A stretch of DNA of 64,000 nucleotides from Paraspadella gotoi (taxonomy: Eukaryota; Animalia; Chaetognatha). The notes under the pieces were generated by a model, which saw only the letters and a program-made list of their open reading frames with translations, was not told the origin of the DNA and did not search any database. The stretch spans positions 13,074,124-13,138,123 of the forward strand of contig CM119265.1 in the NCBI GenBank assembly GCA_051294375.1. Direction: 5' to 3'. Shown here piece by piece: positions 54,301-64,000 of this stretch; position 1 is the stretch's first letter; each line of letters opens with the position of its first letter. A program made the position numbers and the translations under genes.

Positions 54301-55954
54301 TCTGACCGTCTCTCTCCGTTTGTCTTTTTTTTTGGCCAAGTCGGTGGGATGTGGGTCGAAGTTCGCGGGTTTTATTTGTGGCCGGAACTGCTCAGTTTAG
54401 AGGCCAACCACCTGTTCAGGTTCTTGGAAAGTTGTCATCGTCGGAAAGGTTAAGGGGTTGTTGATAAAGTTTCATTTCTAAGAACAGAGAAAGAACGGCG
54501 CGGCTAATAAAAAGTTGCATATTCGATCTATGTAATACGTAACAAAGAATATATTTATTTTTCAATGTTGAAAAGTTTACTTTAAATAATTCGTGTGCTC
54601 GTGGAAATCTTCAGCAAATATATACCGAGTTATTTTTTTACATTTACGGTTGATGCTTAAGCAAACTTTTGCCTAAAAGCTGGTTTGAGTATTTAAAATA
54701 AGGTTTCACTTCAAACGTGAGAGCTTCGCCCGTCGTATTAAACGCTTTCATCGGAATTAACGGATGAATCGAGAATCGAGATTTTTCACATTCAGATTAG
54801 TTTTGTACCATCAATTAGTTCGACACTCAAAATAAATCTATAAGAAGTATTTTGCGTTCAGTTATTTAAAAAAAAAATACTGCAAACCAAACTTAATCTA
54901 AGACTAAGGACTTGGCATTTAGAAAAAAATCCTTTAAAAACATAAAAAAAAAAAAACTTCTTCGGTTCTTGGTATGCGGACTATGCAAGATTAAAGGTTA
55001 ATTGGGCTTAGAAAACTTTATGTCGCTTATTTGTTTTCATTTTAAACAAATAGAGAAAAGACGAATAAGGAATTCGGAATTTGCCAATTATCGAGTTCGT
55101 CAGTCAGTCAATCTGTCCGTTTGTCTGTTTCTCTGTAGGTCTGTCTTTAATGAGAAAGTACTGGTCCTGATTAGGATTTAAACTCGTATAGCGTTTCAGG
55201 CTTATTTTTCGCAAACGGTTGTAAACTTTGAATTACGCTTTCATCCCTGCTGTGACGTTTGCACTTAACCAAACGAAAGAATAACACTGCTTTGTTTATT
55301 TTTTTATTTTCGAAGATGCTATTAAGTTTTGCGCGCAACAGAGAGGGCGTTGTAAAGAAGACGCCACAATGGTAGAAAGGGAAAGGAAGAAAAAAAGAAC
55401 TAAGAAGGTAAAAGGAGGGGTAGTAAAAGCACAACTGGGAGGAAAAACACGAGGACAGAACGAGAGGGAGTTTTGAGACCTGATTACAAAGTGGTAGAGC
55501 AATAAGTATTAGAAAGCTATTGGATACACGAGAAAAGGTAATATCTTAAGAAAAGGTTGGATTGTTAAAAAAATAATGGGAAAAAATGTAAGATTGAGCG
55601 AGAAATCGATTATTTTCTCTTTAGGAGAAAAGAAATTTGATGATCATGAGAAAACCTACGCCTAGGAAAAAATGAGGAATAAGAGAAAAAAGGGGGAAAA
55701 AAACTAGAGAGTTCCCTAATAATTTTTTTTTTGCGTGACTGTGAATGTAAACAAAAAGATCCTCGTCAATCAAAGAAGTTTATCGATTTGAAAATTAATG
55801 TCGAGGAAATAAAATAAATTAAAATTGGAAAAAATTTTTTTTTCAGAACTCGGACAGGGAAGTGGGGCTGGAGAAAGATAAAAATAAATCACCCCTACTG
55901 ATTAGTGACAAGCGGCATGTTAAAGAGGAAGAATTTTGAGAAAGGGGATAAGAG

Positions 55955-55963
55955 AAAGGAGAA

Positions 55964-56036
<73 letters not shown>

Positions 56037-56040
56037 AGTG
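55955..56040 (+). repeat. (GA)n microsatellite
   Basis: Directly visible. Confidence 0.9.
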
Positions 56041-56951
56041 AGTGAAACGAAAAGGGGTTTTTCGAGAAAATCTGTTGACAAATATGATAAAACTCTCCAG
56101 AGACGAAAGTCTTATCGAAGTAATGAAAAAAGAAGCAGAAGTGAAGACTGAGAAAGTGAACATTTGTGACAAGCCAGCCCTTTAAGTTAAAGGAACGTTT
56201 CTCGAAGATAGTAAAAGTATCTTTACGCTTGACTAGAGTTTAATGTTCTGTCGTTGTTGATTTGTTAGTAAGTTTTTAGTGTATTAAGTGGTTTTCTCAC
56301 ACCGACTTGTTTTTAACGGTACACTGGTTTTTGGTGTAAATCAAACAAAACAAAAGCAGATGGAAAGATTAAAGGGTCAAGACGAGAGCATATCTGTTTA
56401 ATTTGCTTTAAATAAATGAAATCAACTTTAAGATTCTTTTCCGTTAAATTATAGTATTGACTTTGGGCGGAGTTAATTCGGAGTTCATTCGTTAAACTCA
56501 AATTCAGATTCTTTACTTCAAAACCCAAATACATGGTGACAATTTTACAAGCGTCGGTAGAAATACGCTGTCATTTGCAAACCAGTGGTTATTTCATTGA
56601 TTTTAAAAATTAGTTGAGTAGAACATATTAAAGTCATTTATGTGTTAAAATTTTATATTGATCAGTTAAGATACGCCTTGGCAATGAATGGAGAAGTTGG
56701 CTNNNNNNNNNNAAATAAATAACACATCCGCTGTGTTTAAACTAATAATTTTAGGAAAGGCGGATGAAAGGAGGGCGCCTGTTTTTTTTATTTCTTTTGA
56801 GTTTGTGTCCCTGATTTCTGAGGCGATTCTTGTCGACCTCTGATCTGACCTCCAAGCCGAAAATCCAAAACCGAGTGAGTTCTTTGCAAACGAATTATTT
56901 TTTTCTTTTCTGCAGGATTAACACCACTGAACCAACTCCATTTTAAAATTT

Positions 56952-56991
<40 letters not shown>

Positions 56992-58949
56992 GGTCAAAAT
57001 AACCTGCAAATTTTGTGCTGAAGATCGAGATGGTTTCTAAAACATTCTTGTCTTGAGCTTCTTTAAACTTTTGGGTGCCGTTTTTGTTTTAATTTAAAAC
57101 AGCAAATTTTGTTCAATTTTCAATATCCATCGAAATTCCTAAATAATTTAGTATACAGAAGGGNNNNNNNNNNNNNNNNNNNNNNNNNTAGGAGTTGATT
57201 GGATGGACGTGGATTTCACAGCTTTCACTTTTGATTGGTTACCTTGAGTATTCTTCCCCTCTCCTCTCTCTTTCTCTTTCTCACGTCCTTCCTTTGCTTC
57301 CTTGCAATTCTATTGCCAATTTCGGATCTTCCAGGTCTTTTCAAATATTTCTTATTTTGTCTCAATTTTTTAAATCGCTCCGATCGACATGGAAACGTAA
57401 ATGAATCTGTTGTCAATATTTCAAAACTCTTTCAATATTTTTGATTTTAGTTGCCTGTATTTCTTTTATTGTAAGTCATTCTGTTTTAATTTTTCGTTTC
57501 CATACATTTGATTTCATAAAAAATCTTTCGACGTTGCCAAAAACAAATTTAAACTTTCATAAAATGAAAATTTTTTTGACATTAAAATCGAAAAACCCCG
57601 CGGGTAATTTTAATCGTTTTTTCTGTTTTCGTTCCCTTGAATTAACTCACAAATTTTTTCCCAAATTTTTGATTTTCTGCTTCGTTTTGCGAATTTGTTC
57701 GTTATTTTAAATCAAGAGAATATTGGCGTTTGAACCTAATTGAAAATAGGAGAAATGCGGTTTCAAGCGGTATGGCATGAAACTGAATGTCTCTTTCTAC
57801 CCGATTTTCTTCTTTTTACGTCTATTCAGATATATATAAAAAAAACTCCTTTTGATAACAACAATAAAATGGCGCGAGCACAAAACTTACTAAAAGGTTT
57901 TTCCATCGTCAGTTTCTCTTTCTTTCTAAAAATCTCACCTTTATTGCATACCAACACGATCGATTTCAAAACAACAAAACAAATATCATAAAACTATTAC
58001 AGACTTCATCATTAAACTTTTTTGATCGGCAAATTCGTATCCAACTTGCGATTGTTTCAAATGTTTCTCGGCTATATTTCCATCCTAATTGTCAAAGGAT
58101 TAGAAAAAGCGTTCCAATTGGAAAGGTTTTGCCTGTTTACTCTGTGAACAATCAAGGCCTTCAACGATGCGCTATTTTGGAAACAAACTCTCAGGCGGGC
58201 ACGGAGAGAGAGGAGAGAGGAGAAAGAGAGACAGAGAGAAGAGGAAGATTGAGTTGCGCCCCCATCTTTCCCCGTTTTTGCGTTCTCTCACTCTCTCAGG
58301 ATTTGTCGGTGAGCAGGTGATTTCTTGAATCCAACGGGCGATGGGTGCGAGATGAGAGAGAGAGACGAGGAGAGACAGATAGACGGATGAGAGACAGCCA
58401 GAGGAGATGAGAGATGTAAATAGAGTAGAAGAGAGAGAGAAGAGGAGGACGTTAATCCTCTCTTTGCCTGGAATCAACAGGATTTCTTTGATCTCCTTTT
58501 TTTGTGAAAAGAGAATCAAAGATTTTCCATCTTTTTCTCATTTAATCTTTGGTTTGACAAATTTTTCGAGAAGCTTCCGTCGGACTAAGTTTCTTTGTTT
58601 TTGTTTCGGTCTGCATTAAAAGACATATCCTATTTAAAAAAATTAATTTACTTTTCTTCGATAACAAATTTTTGCAAACTTTGCTTTCGTACAATTCACT
58701 TCAAACCTTACTCATCTTTTATTACGCCAAGCTTCAAATTAAAAAAAAACTCGAGTACAACAAAAAAGAGCGGCGTTTAGATTTCTTTTATGAGTTCTTC
58801 TCCATGTTTCAAGGTCTTGCCCATTTAACAAAAGCTTCCTTTTGCGATTTTCGTCTAGGATGTGACATCAAGACGAAAATCCCAACATTAGGACTCTGCC
58901 TCCGCAAATTTAAAGAAGAAAAAAAAAGAAAGATAAAGATAAAAGTAAA

Positions 58950-59103
58950 AAAGAAGAGAAGGAAAGCGAAGAAGGAAGAGGGAAGAAGAAGGAAGAAAGA
59001 AGGAGAAGGGAAGGAAGGATCGAGGGGAAGAGGAAAGGAAGGAAGGGAAGGAAGGAAGGATAGGAAGGAAGGAAGAGGAAGGAAGGGAAGGAAGGAAGGA
59101 AGG
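58950..59103 (+). repeat. (GGAA)n-like purine tract
   Basis: Directly visible. Confidence 0.85.
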
Positions 59104-61602
59104 TGAGTGACAGAAAAAGAAGAGATAATAAAACGGAAAGAATTTAAAATTGTTGATATAAAAACTATCTTTACTGTTCGCACGAATTTTTCGTTAACAT
59201 ATCGTTTAACCTCGGCCAACAAAAAAAAGCAGGGAAAGAAAATTTGTCACCTATGTTTGCTTTTATGTCTTGCCGACAAAGGCATTCAACCGAATGTGTT
59301 TTGTTTCCATTTTAAAAATATTCGGTGACTTCGAGAATATTTTTGTATTCTTAAGACTAATAATGTTCCTCAGAAATAGTAATCAAACCAGACCCAAAAA
59401 AATTTACATATACCAAAATAACGTTACATAAATTAATAAAAAGTATATCTTCCCAAGTAATGGAATCAACGGCGATGCGTGTCTGTGACCTCGATTATAG
59501 TTGCGCTTTCCTCTTTTCAATATTAATCACGTCCAAATTATCAATTTGTTAAACGCTTGTTTGTACAATGTTCATTTTTCAAGATTTCAAGAGAGTAATC
59601 ACTAACGAGAGGCAATGGCCATCATGAGGAAAAGACAAAATTACGCTTCGTGGCGAAACAAAACTTTGCTACAAAAAAACTAATCGTCGTCGTCGTCGTC
59701 GTTCACGCCCGCGTTGGAACATTCGGACGTTCTTTCGTCGCATCTCCGTTCTCTTGAGTTGCGCTTACGAAAGGTAAGAAAAGCAGATCGGCTTTTTTAG
59801 AAAGGAATCCTTCAATCTTCAAATTAATTTTTCAAACTTAATTTGGCGCGTTAAAACTTTTCTCCAAATAATCTTTTCTCCGAATCTTTCTTAACCGCCT
59901 CCCACCACCAACCCACCCTATCCCGCCCTCTCCGACGATCTCTTCAAGGCTGGGCGACCAAGACTTGACGAGCAGCGCCTGCGCCTCTCCCCTTTCGCCT
60001 TTTCGGTCCACCTCGATTTGCGTGCGCCGACTTCGTCAGAATCACCCAGCCTTCTACTCTAACCATCTGCGGAGATCACGGGTTGCCGACGTCGCCAGGA
60101 AGGGCTTCAAATGCCTCGCAGAGTGAGGGCTAGGAATTTGTTTTGCTTGCTTGCCTGAACTTATTGGCTAAATTTTTCCTACTATGTTTAATTTTTATGG
60201 TTGTTTCTTTTTTTTTCTTTCTATCTTTCTGTCTTTGTTTCATTCTTATTCTTCGGACTTCGTTATTCACAAGAGTAATCCAAAGAGTGCTGGGTTGTTG
60301 TCCGATCAAATCCCGCTGTCGAATGCTGGGAATTACTACAGTCTTTTTCTCGAAATCAGTACGACTGAGCGTCAACGGATCCTCTGGGTAAAATTAATAT
60401 AAAATTAACGGTTGATGCCGATTTTCAATCAATATGCCTTTCGTAAATTTTGCAAGACGTCTATTTACTATCTTCATCTTTACAAACCTCGCTCCGTAAC
60501 TAACTATTTTCAATTGTTTTCGTAAATTAACTGTGTTTCCTGAACCTAATTGTAACAACAAGGGGTGCTATGGTTCATTATTAGCGTCCTTTACAGTTTA
60601 TTTGTATGTTAAAGCTCCTAATGAATTTAATCAAAGCATTAAAAAAATTCACGTCATTCTATTTCCGAAGCATGTCTCCCTAGAGGAAGTTTTTGTTTCA
60701 AACTCAACATATTGTCATTTAGATCTTACCGTAGTGATTCATATCCTATTTTCCAGACGAGAAACGTCCCTTTAATTTCCAACTCTGCTGTCGATTCTTA
60801 CCCAATCGCACGAATGTTGATCTTGATATCTGATTTCTGAATTCGACTGAATCTTGTTCCAAATAATTCGCATCGAGACTCCGCGACGAGAAAGCCTCCC
60901 ACTTTTCGACTAATACATATTCACTAACAAGCAAGAAGATTCACTCATTAGTTTTAGTCTTAAGATATGTTTTTTCGATAATTGTTGCATGCTGATGTTA
61001 ATTACTAACTAAACAGTAAGATCCTTTCTGTCCTCATTTCTCGTTTCGTGTATTTGATGGAGTGCAGACGGTTTCGCAAGAGGGAATGTGCTGTTGAGTT
61101 TTCCGCTTTCTGGATGGAGAATTATTGGAGATTGATCAATTTGGAGTTCCTATTTAAACTGAATGATGCAATATCGTGAATTAAATTTATATTTTATTAT
61201 ACTAATAAAAACAATTAATTAATAATAATTATAATATAAAAATAATTGATAACAACAGATATTTCAAAAATAATAATTAATGAATATTACGTTAATAATT
61301 TGTGAATCTTGTTGTGCGTTAGCGATTGGTAGTGCGTTACCCTTGAACTCATCACTGCCTCCACACGTCACAGTGGATTGCACCGAGGTCCAACTAACAA
61401 CAGTCAAGGTATAATATGAAACGGACTGTGAATGGGTCTAGAAAACTTTGTATGAATATTACGTCTAGTGAGCTCTAAGATATAGTCATCCAAGCTCGGT
61501 CGTTTCGGCCAAGAATGATGAAGAATAATTCTTCAGCTCGTTATAGAAATTCAACGAAATATCAAGTAGAAATAAATTCGAATTTGCCAACCGAAGCAAT
61601 GA

Positions 61603-61643
61603 TCTCTCCTTCCTCCCTCTCTCTCTCCTCTCTCTCTCTTTCG

Positions 61644-61672
<29 letters not shown>
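61603..61672 (+). repeat. (CT)n microsatellite
   Basis: Directly visible. Confidence 0.9.
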
Positions 61673-61675
<3 letters not shown>

Positions 61676-64000
61676 GTCCTTTTACATTTATTTTTAGACG
61701 TCCCTTGACGACAGCGTCGGCCCTCTCTCGGTCGCCGACGCCAGCGACGCCGCCAAAAGACGACGCCGCCTCCAGCGGCTGTAAAAATCACGCGGCGCCC
61801 CTCTGCATAGCCGTTCCAACGCCGATTTCGTCGGCGATAATATCCCTACCGTCGTCCCCTTTGTTCATCGGTTCGTCCTCTCGGAACTTAAAAGAAACTT
61901 CGACGACGACCCAAAAGATTTTTTTTTATCCGTACGAGTCTCGTTTTGTCAAAATGTACTTTTCGATGTCGAAAATATAAAGAGAGCGGATAATAATTTT
62001 TTTTTTATTATTTGGTATTTCCTTCAATTTTAAACACGCCGGAGAAAGAATCGTATTAAGTTATCTTCGTTACGAGGTTTGACTCGAAAGAGAAAATCTA
62101 AATCCTCTGCCAGTTTCCATCTACCCACCACACTTTCCTTTTCCCTATTGTTATTGTCTTACCCTCTCCGCCACACCTTTTGCCGTCCTCTCGCTCTCAT
62201 TTCTTGCCCTCCTAAAAAAAGGTGGATTGGAGAAATGCCAGTGGTGAATCTCGGAGTGAAGCGAGAGAAAAAAAGGAGAGAAGTGAGGTTAGGGAAAAAG
62301 AAACGAACGCCTTATTTTTTTTTCGAAAGAATAAGGGGGAAATATTAGTCGCGATTACTCTTGAACTTTGTCGAAAAAGGAAGAATTTTATTGGCGGAAG
62401 GAAGAATTTTAAAGGCCAACGAAAGAGAGAAAAATCCTGTCTGTGGAACTTGAGAAAACTAAAACAGCGGATTTTAAAAAAGAAAAAAACAGAGAAAATT
62501 GGCCATTTTCTGTGTTAGAGTAAATGCCCAAACCCAGAATTTAACCGAGGTAATCCATTTTAAAAATTTTAAAAAAATCCAAAACAAATCGAAAACTTCC
62601 TCGAATAGGACCTTCATCGTTCAATCTCTCAAGTGAAAAATGAAGTAAGATTTTATAAGAATTGGTTTACTATTGAAATTTCTGAGCGTTAAGGAATGAA
62701 GATGAATATAAAAAACATTTGAAATTATTTGGCAAATAAACACTGCTTATGGACAGAAATTCTCAATCTGAAAGCTACTTCTAATAAAAAACTTTCTCTA
62801 AATTTTTTTTCGTAATAATTGAATACAATTTTTATTCGAACTAATTTTTTTCGTATTGCGTCATTGGTTTCAATTTGGTCATGCAAAAGAACGTAGGAGT
62901 GCAAAATTGCGGAAGTATACAAAATAGGCGTAAATTCTAAATGCTAAATCGTTGTGCACATTCGCTTATATGACGATAAATCCAAATTAAAACAAAAAAA
63001 ACATAGTTTTCAATGAAAGGACGCAACATTTAACACAGTCACTGTGATTCATCTGCCCGCTAAAAAAAATAACATAGAATAAACATAAGATTGCAAAATG
63101 CTATCCAGAAGGTATTTTTTAAACTCTGGCTATTTTGTTTTTATATTGTTAAGCATTTTTATAACGATGTTTTTCAGCGCTCTATTACGCCCCTGGCGGA
63201 AAAGGCTTTGCCCTGTCGAAATAAAAAGCTCATTTCACATAGTTCAACTTCAAAACTTGCGTCGGTCCGCGGCCAGTCGAATCATCTCCGAAAGCAGTTG
63301 GGTTCGTCGGGATCGAGACTCCAGCGGCGCCTCCGAACAGCGTCTTTAAGTCCGAACGAAATTTCGCGGACAAAAGGTTACGAAGAATTTGGCGATACGA
63401 AATTGCAGAGGCGAACCACATTCAGGGGAAAGTCGAGGCGGTGAAGAGGGCGTCATTCGCGGCGAAAGGTCGAAGACGCGGACGCGGCAGCTTCGAGGGG
63501 AAACGCCCGCGCCGGAGGAAGACGCAGGAGCGACGCTGTACCGCTGGCGACGAATTCCGGCGATGGAATTTCCTCGGCGCCTTCTTTCTCGCCCAGAGAA
63601 AGGCGTCAGTCTGAACGATCTTGAAAAAGACACCACTGGAACCCCACATGACAACGAAGAAGGAGGCCGACGACGACGGAAACGCGGAATGACGACGTCC
63701 GTTCCCAATCGGACACTTCCGTCTTTTCGTACAATTCTTCGCTTTTCTGAGTGGAAAAAAATAAATATATTGTTGTTTGCATCGATTTTAACTCAGTTGA
63801 AACCACCTCTTTCACTATTTTACAATTGATTTCTTTAGTGTCACCTAATAGGATTCCGTGAACATCCATCCGTGAACGATGGAGAGGGTGACGATTGGAA
63901 GTCCCGCGACAACAAATCATTGAGGTTACGAAATACCAGCGTTGCCTGGAAACGAAATTAATTTTTAAAAATAGAATTATTAAAAACTATTTAAGTAGGT

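Overview
This is animal genomic DNA, not prokaryotic: AT-rich introns, GC-rich exons, many GA/CT microsatellites and four short N gaps. I reconstructed three intron-containing genes by hand, checking splice sites and codon phase. (1) A BTBD8/APACHE-like double-BTB protein on + (1000-9145, 12 exons, about 2155 aa, with a 3.8-kb low-complexity last exon). (2) A Slo1/KCNMA1 BK potassium channel on - (28670-11520, 20 core exons, about 1177 aa), converging tail-to-tail with the first gene. (3) A clan-2-like cytochrome P450 on - (51341-49478, 5 exons, 496 aa). The most notable points are in Slo1: an apparent cleavable N-terminal signal peptide ahead of S0, a 1-nt frameshift just after the GYG filter, an E-to-Q change at the RCK1 Mg2+ site, a GC-AG intron, two candidate cassette exons and coding-like sequence past the stop. 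Upstream of Slo1 lies a ~5.8-kb palindrome centred on a (GA)n tract, which may be an assembly fold-back. There are also two MITE-like elements in Slo1 introns and A-rich splice acceptors. I found no rRNA, tRNA, CRISPR array or recognisable transposase/RT ORF, and I cannot support a wholly new multi-gene system here. All homology calls are from recognition of motifs, not database searches.
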